A stretch of 64,000 nt of DNA from the human T2T-CHM13v2.0 reference genome, Homo sapiens. The position numbers and the translations under genes were made by a program. The notes below the pieces were generated by a model. It worked only from the letters and a program-made list of their open reading frames with translations. It was not told the DNA's origin and searched no databases. The stretch is from the NCBI RefSeq assembly GCF_009914755.1, contig NC_060947.1. The stretch is one strand, 5' to 3'. Below, one piece after another: positions 37,063 to 51,097 of the stretch (positions within the stretch are counted from its first letter, which is position 1; every line of letters begins with the position of its first letter).

Positions 37063-37571
37063 GCAGAACAACAGAGGAAAGGGAATCATCCAGACTTGAC
37101 AGTAGACTGGAAATAGCGGGAAAGGAGGAAAGCATGCTGTCCAAATTTGTTCAATTATCAGCCTGATGTTATCATTTAATAACTAGGGGCTCTTCTCCAT
37201 CACTTTATCTTGCTAAGCATCAGTATCTTTATGTGTCAAATAAATATGATAAATCTGGTCCTATTTCTCTTCACAATATTGGACAACTCAAGTGAAAGAA
37301 GGGCTATGAATGCTCTTTCCAACATACAAAGTGCTATGAACCAGGCCAGAAGATAACCCATGGGCTTACCGTCACTGCAAAAGTAAGCATGTGCTCAACA
37401 GAAAACATGAAACCTAGTCCAATCAGACTCTCCCAGGTTTTCTTTTCTTTCTTTTTTTTTTAAAACAAAGATTCATAAAAGAGTTCTTGTAAAGAATAAG
37501 CACCTTACTCTACTCCTGGGAGGATATGAGCTCTCAGATCTCACAGAAAAGCTGTACTTTCTTAAGCCATC

Positions 37572-39260
<1,689 letters not shown>

Positions 39261-39462
39261 ATGGCACCCTAGCTTTCACCTCTAATTCCAATATCTAGTT
39301 TCTCATTATCACAGGACTTTGTTTCCAGCTGGCTGTAATCATTTCCCTAATAAGATTTTAGGGTATCCTCACTTTCATTCCAGGTTATGTTACCACTTTT
39401 ACAACCATGTTTCCCCTTGCCTTCTGACCATTTAAATCTCTGGAGAGTTTCCCATACCCTGC

Positions 39463-39970
39463 TGTCTTAGTTGACTTTTCATTGCTGTAAAGGAATACTT
39501 GAGACTGGGTAATTTATTTTTAAAAAGAGTTTTATGTGTCTCACACTTCAGCAGGCTGTACAAGAAGAATGGCACCAGCATCTGCTTCTGGTGAGGGCCT
39601 CAGGAATCCTCCACTTATATTGAGGGAGGGACCCTGGACTGGAAATAAAGAGAAATGTGGTCTCCTGGCTTTGTCCTTTCATACCTCAACCTGGGCCATG
39701 TCTGAAACCTGAAGGAAAAGCAGAGAGAAGCCAGCATGTTACATGGTGAGAGGAAGGAAGAGAAAGAGGAGGGAGGTGCCAGGCTCTTTTTAACAATCAG
39801 TTCTTGCAGGAACTAACAAAGAACTCATTTATTAGTGCAAGGATGGCACAAAGCCCTTCATAAAGGATCTATCCCTATGACTCAAATACTTCCCACTAGG
39901 CCCCACCTCCAACATTGGGGATCAAATTTCAACATGAGATTTGGAGGGGAAAAATATCTAAACTATATCA
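39463..39970 (-). mobile_element. MSTB-like solo LTR with a ~95-bp foreign insert
   Basis: TGTCTTAG...AAACTATATCA ends; 5-bp TSD CCTGC/CCTGA. Confidence 0.82.
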
Positions 39971-42900
39971 CCTGATATTCTGCCAACACCATGGGACAGT
40001 GTGAAAGGAAAGAAGTACAACTAGTTTAGTTCCCTGGGTCAGGAAGAGAGGTAAGAATACATTCCTGATATTCCTTCATTTCCTCTAGCACATTCATCAA
40101 TGTCCCTCACACTCTGTTCTTACTCCATATATGTGAACGGCAGGTATTAGTAGTTCCACTTTAAAGGGAAGAAGCTGAAATACAGAGAGGTGATGGCTGA
40201 CTTGCCTAAAGCCAAAATGCAAGTTGATGGCAGATCCAGGACCTAAACCCACTTCTCCTGCAACCTAGCCAGCTAGAGTCTCTGTCCAAGGAAATCTGCT
40301 TCTTCATCAGAAGATGACTTCTTCCTATTGGAAGCCAATCAATTAAAGAAATACAACCAGCTGCAAGCAGGGATCCACCCAGCAGGGTCCTGTTCCATGA
40401 GCCCCTCTTCCCTACCTCCGACCCCAACCACAGAGATCCAATTCAAGGCCAGAAAAATGTAAGCACCACCCAGGCTTGGAGAGGGTGGCAGTACAGAATC
40501 TGGTCCTCTCCTCCTTTTTCCCTCCAAATCCCTGGAGCTTGAGCCTTGGAAGAACCATGCACTGCAGGGAGGGGGCCGCCCCATGACAGCTGCAAGCAGG
40601 TTATTCCAGAGAATGTTGAGATGGCAGGAATATTTTCCAGTTGAAATCAACTCAATTCCCTTTGCATTTGAGTCTTGGGAACATTCATGATGAAAATCTA
40701 GACAGCATGACATTGTATGAACTCTGAAAGGCAGGCTGATGCTACTCTGGTTGGTGTTGCCTTTGGCTCACACTGAAGACACAGTCAGAGTCCTAGAAAA
40801 GATCAGCCAAAGCAGCTTAAGCCAAAGACCCTGTGCCATCCATATTTTAAAAGCTATCTGTGTGTAGTGCTGACCTGGTCTCTGAGTTAATGACTGACTT
40901 TTTATACTGCCCAAGGAAGATCTGGGATTGTGAGCCTCACCACTTAGAGTAGCCCAGGGAAGGGGGGCCCCTTGGTTGCACCCTTGCTCCAGAGACCCAA
41001 CACAAAGGGGAAAATTGTAAAAAGGAAACTGCAGACTAAGGTGACACATTCTCACCTAGAGTATCACTGGCATCAGACAGGGGGAGGGCACAAGGATGTG
41101 GGCAGGCAGGGCCAAGGGTTTTTTCACCAAGGTCAAGGGAGGCAATATGATATTGAGGCAAAGGACCTGGACTGGAAATAAAGAGAAATCTTGCCTCCTG
41201 ACTTTTTCCTTCCATGCCCTGTCAGAAATCTGAGACAACTTTTGGTATGCTCATAAAAATGACCACCACAACCCCAACAACACAAAAGGGTGCATGGAAT
41301 ATTGCCTGGAAGGCAGAAGAAGTGAGCTGTGCCACTCACTGGGCTGCATGACAGTTTACTTAGCTGACCCTGGTATTCAGTTTCATTCCATTAAATTATG
41401 AGTATAAGTCTTGCCCACCTCACAATACTGTTGTGAAAACCAAATGAGATTATAAGTGAGCCTTAGAAGCTGTGAACTGTAAGGCCCTTTGTTGTAGCTA
41501 GGGTTTCTTGGAGCAGACTAGGTGATGAAACTGGCATGATGACATGTACAAGCAGTCTCCCAGGGCCTGGGGCTTTGTGAGAGAAGTAAAGGGCGGAGCT
41601 CTGTACTCCCTAAACTTTGGCCACTGGACTCATATCCCATAGAAACTTAAGTGCAAAATGAAACCAGAGAGCAGCACTGCGCTTTAGCAAGGGCTCGTCT
41701 GAGTGTAGTCCAGGGAGGAGAAATCCACAGCATTATATTCCAGGGCAGGAAGGCTCCAGCTCCCACATATCCCCATCACTAATGGCTGAAATCCCAGAAG
41801 GAAAGCTGGATTTTTCAGCTAAATCATTTCTTCCGTTAAAAATATAAATGCACACATGGCATGGAAAAGGGGAGCAGGTCTGTGTCATTTCCACCCACAT
41901 CTGGGGCTACTTATTAGTTGCTTTACTCTCTCCAAGTACTTTCCCACTCCAGTCTGTCAGGTACTGCTGCCTACCTCCATTAGAATAATCTTCCTAAATT
42001 GTAGATGGTGCCACACCTCAGCTGCAGAATCTTCAACAGCATCTCATTACCTACAGGAAATAATTCAAAAGCTTCAGCTTGGCATTCCAAGTTCTCTATA
42101 GTCATGCCTTAGTCTCCTTCCAGCTGTACCTTTGTATTTTCACCAAACTGCTTCATTCCAGAAGCCTCAGAGCAAATACAGATTACAAGGGAAACATACT
42201 AGACCAGAAGTCAGAAGAACTGGGTTTCAGTCCCAGCTCATTCATTGACTTTCTCTATGACTTTATATAAGTAATTCATTCAACTATAATTTGGGGAGTA
42301 TTTACATTACTTAGGAAGTGTGTCAAAATCAATTTGTTACTAAATTAAAGTATAAATGTTTTTTGAGTGACTTCTAGATTCTCCATATAATGTCAACCAT
42401 ATTCAATTTTTAAAAAATATGTTTTCCAGAGTGGAAAAAAATGACTGGAGTTACAGCCAACACCCACATAATCACCCAGAATTTTTGATAAATGTAAGGC
42501 TCCTTCCATATTTAAGACTATAGTATGCTGAGGTCACATGCTTTTTTCTGCCACTGCGCCTTCTCCTTTACATTCACTTCTTCTAACATTCTCTTGCCTT
42601 CCTGAAAAGTGTTTAAATCTTCCCCATACTTCAAGACCTAACTCAAGACCCTACCACCACCACTAATACTAGGAATTCTTTCAAATGCCACAACTCCCCA
42701 GCCCACAGTGAGAATTCACTTCCCTTTAATCTCTAACACTAGCTGTGTCTATTTACTGGCTGTTAAAGAGTCATCTTGTGACTTCCTCTCTGTCAACCAT
42801 CTGGAAGAGCTTGCCTTATCTAGCTTACCTATTCATACCATGTATAAGCTCCCTCCTGAGGATATCTCTCTATCTTATAGGCTTTGAGAGAAACTCCATA

Positions 42901-43159
42901 GGGGATGAGGAATGAAGGGAGCTGTCCTGCCCAGCTGGCAGTGATGGAGCGCAGTGCCATGACAGGTGGGCAGGGTAGGCATAGAGTAGGAACCTGGCTG
43001 CTAAGGTATGGCACAGTCAACAGCAACATCATTTTATCATCCTCATCATCACCACCATCATCCCTGAAATATTTAGGGTGTGATTTAAAATGTATTTGTA
43101 CATTTGTTATCTTACACATTCAGATAATCAAAGCTACAAAGGCATTAGATGATTTCAGT

Positions 43160-43329
43160 CCAGTGGCTCACCTTGCCTGGAGCATTTGTTAAAACATACA
43201 TTTCTGGACCCCACTCCCAGAGCATCTGATTCACTTGGTATGGGATAAAGCTTGAGAATTGGCATTTCTAAAAAGTTTGCAGGTGACTCTGCTGCTGCTG
43301 CTCTGAGGATCACACATTGAGAACCACTG
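43160..43329. mobile_element. MER5A (hAT MITE)
   Basis: CAGTGG...GGACCCCACTCCCAGAGCATCTGATTCA...CACATTGAGAACCACTG. Confidence 0.75.
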
Positions 43330-44044
43330 ATCTGATCCAATCTTATTATCTTACTTTACTGGTCCACGTTACCAGTGAGTCACAGAAAGAGGAAGAGGGT
43401 TCTCCAAGGTTACCTCACAAGTCAGTGACCAAGCTGTGACTCCTGACTCTTAAGCCAGAGGTCCTTTTTCACTACCACAGCTAAACCTCCTCCTTTTCTT
43501 TCTTCCCTCCCAGTGGTGCTGTGAAGACAAATTACATGCTGTCTGGAAAAGCTCTTTGTATTCTGCAAAACTAAGATACTCATAACCAGGTGGCAGTGTT
43601 ATTGCTCTGTGGAGACGTCTGATAGCAATTAGGTCTCCTCTCTTCTTTGCCTGGAGTCTGATATTTGTATGATCCCATTTGCCCCTCCCTTCTCCCAGCT
43701 GTGTGGAAAACCAAGAGCCACTTCCTGGCCCCAAGACAGTTTGGGCCACTGTAAATAGCTGTGCCTTCCCTAAGGCTATGTGCCCATGAAATGGCCCAGC
43801 TCAGCCAAGGAGATTGTGGGGGAGGGGCATTAGGTTGCTTCAAGCATAGTCCCAGAGGGGCCTGAGGCTCAGAGTCCACCAGTGAACTGCACCTACTCCA
43901 TCTCCAGGCCCATCCAGGAATAGCTTGGAAACTACAGGCTATACACAGGTCTTATTGGGGATCAAGGATGGTCTACACTCTCCCCACTGTGCACCTGGTC
44001 ATGTGTACAGGGGTCTTAGTTCTTGGGTCACACCATAGATTATC

Positions 44045-44280
44045 TAGGAATTGACAACTTATGGCCCACAGGTTGAATTTTGTCTAAGTCCTTGTTTTGT
44101 AATGCCTATGAGCTAAGAATGGTTATTTACACTTTTAGTAGAATTTTAGGAGGTGGAGGAGGAGGAGTAGAATGGGTGGAGGAAGACAAGGCAGCAGCAG
44201 TGATGAGAGACACATAATGGCCCACAAAGCTCATATATTTACCATACTGCCCTTTGCAGAAAATATTTGCTGACCCCCTG
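44045..44280. mobile_element. MER58-type hAT MITE
   Basis: TATGGCCCACAGG...GAGCTAAGAATGG...ATATTTACCATACTGCCCTTTGCAGAAAATATTTGCTGACCCCCTG. Confidence 0.7.
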
Positions 44281-45150
44281 GATCAGCAAACTGATCAGCA
44301 AATTGGATCAATAAACTGATGCCAAGGGAACCCTCAAACTACAGAATATCAGAACTAAAAGGAGCTAGAGAACCAAGTTGAGAATCAAACTGCATTCCTT
44401 GGTGTCATGGGGTTCTAGAACTGATTCAGAGGATGACTCTGAGGTGGCCTGAGCTTCCACACCCTCCCCCATCTACTCAATCTGCTTTTCCAACCAGAGA
44501 AACTAAATGAATTTCATTTTTAATGGGTTTCTCCACTTTTAAAAATATTGAAAGTCACTGGCAGAAAGCAAAGTCCCTCACTTTATAGATGTGAAAACTG
44601 AGGACCAAAGAAGATAAAGGTCAGATTCAAGGTGGCATATCAACTCAGAGCCAGAACCAGGAGAGGAACCTAGATGTGCTGACTCCCCAGTCAGTGCTCT
44701 TTACACATCAATATCCCACAAATAAAGTAGGACATAACCATAGCAATGGCAGTTCTATACCATTCGCATAGGATTTGTCTGAGAAGTTTTGCAGAACTCT
44801 CTTTTCTCTATACACTTAGTCCCTAATTTATCTCATCTGTTCTGACAGCATAAAATGCCGTCTATTTGCCAAACACTCAAAAATTATATCTCCAGCCAAA
44901 ACTGTTTCCAGATTCTAGATTCATATATGCAATTTCCGATTCAATATTTCCATTTAGATGTTGAATAGACTTCAATTCAACATGTCCAAAACTAAACTCC
45001 TGATCCCTTCCACCTTCCAAAAAGAGCACCTGCTCCACCCACAGGGAAGAAACACCAATAACTTGGAGGCCATTTGAACCAACCCAAAGAATAAAAGTTG
45101 TTGGTAAGTACAATGACAATGAGAGGTTGACTATATGGTATAAGCTAAGT

Positions 45151-45156
<6 letters not shown>

Positions 45157-45181
<25 letters not shown>

Positions 45182-45718
45182 AGTTATACTTTAAGTTTTA
45201 GGGTACATGTGCACAATGTGCAGGTTAGTTACACATGTATACACGTGCCATGTTGCTGTGCTGCACCCATTAACTCGTCATTTAACATTAGGTATATCTC
45301 CTGATGCTATCCCTCCCCCCTCCCCCCACCCCACAACAGGCCCCGGTGTGTCTTGTTCCCCTTCCTGTGTCCATGTGTTCTCATTGTTCAATTCCCACCT
45401 ATGAGTAAGAACATGCAGTGCTTGGTTTTTTGTCCTTGTGATAGTTTGCTGAGAATGATGGTTTCCAGCTTCATCCATGTCCCTACAAAGGACATGAACT
45501 CATCCTTTTTTATGGCTGTATAGTATTCCATGGTGAATATGTGCCACATTTTCTTAATCCAGTCTATCATTGTTGGACATTTGGGTTGGTTCCAAGTCTT
45601 TGCTATTGTGAATAGTGCCGCAATAAACATAACTGTGAGTGTGTCTTTATAGCAGCATGATTTATAATCCTTTGGATATATACCCACTGGGTCAAATTCC
45701 TCAGGGTTCCAAAACTAA
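45157..45718 (-). mobile_element. Short L1PA3/4-like 3' end with a tiny 5' inversion
   Basis: polyT, 3'UTR and ORF2 end (...LLIGGN*); TSD AAGCTAAGTT(C/A)TTTT at 45142-45156 and 45719-45733. Confidence 0.9.
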
Positions 45719-45883
45719 AAGCTAAGTTATTTTCCAAAAAAGAAGCTGGCCTTTAGTTGTCTCCTTTCTCCACCAGAGCATTCTGGGAGAGCACAAAATC
45801 AATTAATTCCAAACAGCATGAAATAAAAGCAAATGCAAAAGTGGTTTGTGAGATGTTTTGCTCCTTTTAAAGTAACTATGGTC

Positions 45884-46542
45884 GCCCGGCCACCCCGTCT
45901 GGGAAGTGAGGAGTGCCTCTGCCTGGCCGCCCCATCTGGGATGTGAGGAGTGCCTCTGTCCGGCCGCCACCCTGTCTGGGAAATGAGGAGCGCCTCTGCC
46001 TGGCTGCTGTTCAATCTTCCAAGTGTGAAGTGACAGCCTTTCTGCAGGTGTACCCAACAGTTCCAAAGAGACAGCGACCATCGAGAAAGGGCCATGAAGA
46101 CGATGGCTGTTTTGTCAAAAAGAAAAGGGGGAAATTTGGGGAAAAGAAAGAGAGATCAGATTGTTACTGTGTCTGTGTAGAAAGAAGTAGACATAGGAGA
46201 CTCCATTTTGTTCTGTACTAAGAAAAATTCTTCTGCCTTGGGATGCTGTTAATCTATAACCTTACCCCCAACCCCATGCTCTCTGAAACATGTGCTGTGT
46301 CAACTCAGGGTTAAATGGATTAAGGGCGGTGCAAGATGTGCTTTTTTAAATAGATGCTTGAAGGCAGCATGCTCCGTTAAGGCCGCAGGGACCTCTGCCT
46401 GGGAAAACCAGAGACCTTTGTTCACGTATTTATCTGCTGACCTTCTGTCCACTATTATCCTATGACCCTGCCACATCCCCCTCTCTGAGAAACACCCAAG
46501 AATGATCAATAAATACTAAAAAAAAAATACAAAATAAAAAAT
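45884..46542 (+). mobile_element. 5'-truncated SVA (SVA_A-type)
   Basis: Three VNTR units (CCGTCTGGGAAGTGAGGAGTGCCTCTGCC), SINE-R (CAAGTGTGAAGTGACAGCC...GAGAAACACCCAAGAATGATCAATAAA), A-tail; exact TSD AAAGTAACTATGGTC at 45869-45883 and 46543-46557. Confidence 0.93.
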
Positions 46543-46554
46543 AAAGTAACTATG

Positions 46555-46675
46555 GTCTATGGCCGTACTACCCTGGATGTGCCCAATCTTGTCTGATATC
46601 TGAAACCAAGCAGGGTCAGGTCTGTTTAGTACTTGGATGAGAGACCTCCTGGGAATACTGGGTGTTGTAGGCTTT
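46555..46675 (+). pseudogene. Full-length 5S rRNA retropseudogene
   Basis: GTCTATGGCCGTACTACCCTGGATG...TTAGTACTTGGATGAGAGACCTCCTGGGAATACTGGGTGTTGTAGGCTTT is colinear with human 5S rRNA, with many CpG transitions; (TAAA)n tail and TSD AAGT(A/G)ACTATG. Confidence 0.95.
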
Positions 46676-47788
46676 TTAAATAAATAAATAAGAAGTGACT
46701 ATGAGGGATGTTAATAAAAAACAGGTAAACCAGCCCAGAGATTGATGATATCTGAGAGTAGAAGGAGGTGGGCTAGGAATGGAGGCAGTTATGAGAAGAG
46801 AGACAGTATGATCAGGAAGCAACTAGAATGGAAGAAAGTGAGAATAAAGAGTCCCTGAGCCCCCACACATCTTGGGGCTTAGGCCCAAGGAAATCTCCAA
46901 AAGACTCAGATGGGGTGTGTGGAGACAACTGCAACCCCCTTCCCTCAAAGCTTTAAACCCTCCTCCCTCATAATGGCCATCTGCAAACACTCTGGCCTAT
47001 CTTAAAACTGTACTCTATTTGTAGCAGATTCCTGAGCTTTTAATCCTTTTGGAACTGCCCTCAACAGGACATACCCAGCTCAGTGAAGCAGTATGGGTGC
47101 ATGGAAAGTACTGGGCTTAGAGTCAGAAGACCTAGGTTCTAGACCCAAAGCCTCACTAACATTCTGTGAAAATTACTCCCACTCCCAGCTCAGGTCTCAG
47201 TTTCATCACATTAAAAATAAGATGGTTGCACTGGGAAAATGTATCTGTTCCTAAGCCAGTAGGAAGCCTTCAGAGTCTCAGTGCCCACTATGTTTTTTCA
47301 CCACTTTCTAGCAGGATAGTTCAGATTCCTGTACTTCACTACAACAATTGTACAAACAAGTGAAGCTACTATGAAAACTAGTGGCTCTGTGCTCCTCTTG
47401 ATAAGGCTTATATATAAAAATCTATTAGTTAACTCCCACTCATTTTAGATGGAGAAACTAAGAACTAAGGTCCAGAGAAGAAATGTAATTTTCCTAAAGT
47501 CACACAGAGAATGGCAATAATCACACAGCTAGTGGCAATAAATATTGTTGTCTAGAATCAAAAGGGAACCACTGTGAGTGAATTGAGGTTCGTGGGATTC
47601 CTCACAGGAGATAAAAGGGGCAATTGGGACATGCTAAGGCCACAAAGCAGCCTAGTAAAAAGGTCACTGGAATGAGAGTTCAAGAGTCTGTCTACTTCTG
47701 CTACTAACTAGCTGTGTGGCCTTGGACAGTTCCCTTCACCTTTTAGGGTTTCAGATTCCTCATCAGTAATATAAATGATCTAGACATT

Positions 47789-48400
47789 TGCTAAAAGAAA
47801 TAATGTATACAGTGATCCATTTCCAAGACAAAGTGCCTTGAATTGGCTTAGGTCAGCAAACTACAGAAGAAACAGGATATACTACACCCCTGCTTGGATA
47901 GCCAATGCCTGCTTGCCGACCTCCCCATTCCCTCCACCTTAGTTGCCTTCACCTGAACCAAAGAAGTTTAGTCTAAGATGGAAGTTTACTGGCCTGCAAA
48001 ATAGTTCATTTTTTCTGTCCTTATCAGCCTGCCCAGCTACTTAGGTCACAAGTCAAATACTTGAAGAGCCCCTGAGCTAGCTAGGATTGCAATGCATTGT
48101 GGGCTGCAACAAAATGCAGCTAGACAACACCCCCCCCCAAAAAAAAACACCTGAAGCCCCTACCCAACAATCAATAGACGACATCTGGGAAGATTGTGAC
48201 CCCATAGTACTCAGCCTATGAGGAACCGGGAGAGAGACCTGCACACTAGGAGATAAATTGCTTGTTGAAACTGTGCTGGGTCTACCTGCTCATCAGACAC
48301 CCAATCTTGCAAGATAATCATTAAAAGTCTCGCTTTCACTGTTCTCGGAGTCTCTCTGAGTCCTTTCTTTGGGTTTGGATGGATGAGTTTGTTTCTCACA
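47789..48400 (+). mobile_element. 5' LTR (LTR10-type) of a HERV-I/HERVIP10 provirus
   Basis: TG...CA ends, ATTAAA polyA-like signal, followed by an Ile PBS and gag. Confidence 0.8.
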
Positions 48401-48403
48401 ACC

Positions 48404-48423
48404 TGGTGGGCCATATGGGGATC
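48404..48423 (+). promoter_or_regulatory. Primer-binding site, tRNA-Ile
   Basis: TGGTGGGCCATATGGGGATC vs the tRNA-Ile(AAU) complement TGGTGGCCCGTACGGGGATC. Confidence 0.85.
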
Positions 48424-48754
48424 TCTCTGCCTTTGTGGAGTGAGACTCCGACTGAGAGGGGAGATGCGTCCCAGCCAATTTAGGTGGCCCACTCTGCCCA
48501 GGTGTGCCAGCCCCCCATAGAAGCCATAGAAAAAGCCAAGGCTGTTATTCAGGAAATAACGAAAGTGACACCTGGAGAAAAGCAGGTGCCATGGCAACCA
48601 GGCAACCTCGTGCATGAGCCAAGGTAGGAAAATTGGACTATAAGTACTGCCTTGGTGGTTGGGCATTCTTGGAGGTTTCAGGGTGTGCAAGAAACCTCCA
48701 GTTAGGGGGGCTGATTACACAGGGAAAGACTCAGACACAGAGACTAACAAAAAA

Positions 48755-50040
48755 TTGGGAAACAGGAATTCTAGGCCTAAGGGAACAAAGGAAAGAGGGA
48801 ACTAAAAAGACCCCCTCTGACATTCTCCCAGATAGTCCATTGAGGAGAATGTTGCAGATTCGAAGGGATAATCCTCAAACCAGGGACAAGAAAAAGCAAA
48901 AGATGATAAAATATTGCTGTTTTATCTGGCCCAAAAAGCCCATTCATCAGCCCTTGGTCTTTTGGCCTGAGTTTGGCTCAGATGAGGATTGGGTGTGCCA
49001 AGCTTTAATTCTCTATGTGAATACTAAAACCCCATCCTCACAAGAGGAGATGGGTTATGCTCTTTGCTGGATTAGTGAATTAACCCCCATGTTCCCCCTT
49101 AAAAAGAAAGAAAAAGAGCATAGTAAAAAGCCCTCACACAATATAAAGCCCTGGAGTCTCCAACATACTTTCTCCCTCCCCCCATACATCTCACAAAGTA
49201 GAGGACAGGGAGATCGGAGGGCATCAGAAAGGTCAGAGAAACAGGAATCTGGGGGTCATGAAGGAGCTAAACCCAATGCTTTCTTAAATCCTTTTCCAAA
49301 CTTGAGGAAAGAATTAGAACAATATAAGAAGGACATTACAAATTTCCCTATTCCTTCTAAACCGCAGGTATCTAACATGTACCCTCTTAGAGAAGGCCCT
49401 ATGGGACAGGGAGAAGTTGGATTTTTGAGTAACAAGTAGTGAGGTTAGGAACTTGAAAAAAGGAAGTGAGGCCACTCTTGGAAAATCCCCTCAGTTTAGC
49501 AGAGCAGATAAATCAGTTTTTAGGACCCAATTTTTATACTTGGAATGAGATGATGTCAATCGTGAATATTCTGTTTACTGGGGAAGAGAGGGGAATGATT
49601 AGAAGGACAACCATAACCATTTGGGAGAGGCAGCATCCTCTGAGGCAAGGAGTCCTGCCAGCTAAGTAGAAATTCCCAAATGTGAATCCCAGATGGGATA
49701 ACAATAACCCCAGAGATCGGGCCCAAATGCAGAACCTAAGGAAACCAATGATTTAAAAGATTAAAAAGTCCACTCCTAGGACACAAAATGTCTCAAAAGC
49801 ATTTGAGACCCAACAAGAAAAAGAGGAGACTCCCTCTGCCTTTCTGCAGAGGCTCAGAGATCAAATGAGAAAATATTCAGGATTAGATGCAGAGGACCAA
49901 GTAAGGCAAGGCCTTTTAAAGGTTAATTTTGTGACTGAAAGCTGGTCTAATGTTACTAAGAAACTGCAAAAGATTGATTGATGGAATGAAAAACCGATTA
50001 AGAATTACTGAGGGAAGCCCAAAAGGTTTTTGTAAGAAGA
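48755..50040 (+). pseudogene. gag: HERV-I gag remnant (MA-CA)
   Basis: DSPLRRML...KMIKYCCFIWP...WPEFGSDEDWVCQAL; CA fragment EQINQFLGPNFYTWNEMMSIVNILFTGEERGMIRR; MHR-like QQEKEETPSAFLQRL; start ATG apparently mutated to TTG. Confidence 0.8.
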
Positions 50041-51097
50041 AAGAAAAGAGAAACTGAGAAAGAAAGAAAAAGAAAAAGTAAAAAAGGAAATTGGAAAGAG
50101 AAAGAGGAGGAAACGGCAAACACAGAGGACAGAGAGAGAAAGAGGTAAGCTGCTGATCCTGAAAGCAGCGGAGAGCTGGCCATGCAGCTGCAGGCATGGG
50201 GCTGGCAGAAGCTGCAGAGCTGGACCAGACAGTTGAGATAAAAGTGGACAGTGTGAGAAAGCTGTTAATAAAAGCTGCTGCTGAACCTTTGTCATTTCGG
50301 CAGAGCTGTCTGTCTTTGCAGACAGATGGGAGGAGCCAGGTGCCCAGAGACAAAAAGAGGAAGAAACTAACTAAGGGAGAAAGAAAACAGGGGTTGACAG
50401 AGAGAGATAGAAAAAGAAAATGAGCAAGAGAGAGACTGGGAAAGACAGAGATCAAAGAGAGACACAGAAGGTGAGACTGGGGAGAGAGATAATGTAAAAG
50501 GAAGAAAGAGTACAAGAGGAAGTGAGAGGATGCAGAGAGGCTGGCAGGGCTGAGAAAAGGATCTAGAGGCTCAAGCAACAAGGAGGTGCAGGGAAAGGGT
50601 GGAGCATGGCCACTGAGGAGAGACAGAGCCAGAGAACTGGAGGATGCAAGTGAGAAAGGGATGTGGAGGAGAGTGTAGAATCAGGCTGCTTGAGGAATAG
50701 TAGGCTGCCTACAGCAAAGACTAGATGGCTGTATGTCAGGAGGTAAATAGAGAGGATTCAGGTTATGAAAGGGTAAACCGATAAGATGACCGTTAAGGTT
50801 TTGTTGTTTTACTGAGAGGCTGTAAATCCACCAGGGGAAGCTGTCACTAAGGCTGCAGAGGGGCTGGAGAGCTACACAGGGAAGATCAGAACTACTGTTG
50901 TAAACAAGTGAGTATAGAACCGGCAAATGATGAGGAGGGCTGCAGGGCTGTGTGGGGACTGTGGCTAACTGAAGAGGGCACACCCTGAAGAGGGGCCATG
51001 GCTGCTCAACTGTTTCTACAGTAATGGCCCTGTGTTACCAAATTGCATGCTTTGTCAGAGGCCAGAGTTCTGATGTTTTATGTGAAATTGGATTTTT

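Noticed and set aside
40000-44900. Host exons in the repeat-poor interval
   Set aside because: Short ORFs have no recognisable domains and overlap MIR/L2/MER fragments; there is no CpG island or convincing splice-site pair. Small exons cannot be excluded without alignment.
46555-46675. Functional 5S rRNA gene, or an SVA 3' transduction of 5S
   Set aside because: Single copy with many CpG-type substitutions, an A-rich tail and its own TSD; the SVA TSD closes before the body of the 5S sequence.
46854-46883. Hairpin CCTGAGCCCC...GGGGCTTAGG as a small RNA or terminator
   Set aside because: A 10-bp stem with a G-U pair is expected by chance in 64 kb; no supporting context.
48633-49439. Domesticated gag gene (268-aa ORF)
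   Set aside because: No native ATG at the gag start, and it terminates before the capsid, which is broken by stops and frameshifts.
49916-50581. 221-aa Leu/Ser/Phe-rich membrane protein on the minus strand
   Set aside because: Translation artefact of the complementary AG-rich low-complexity tract.
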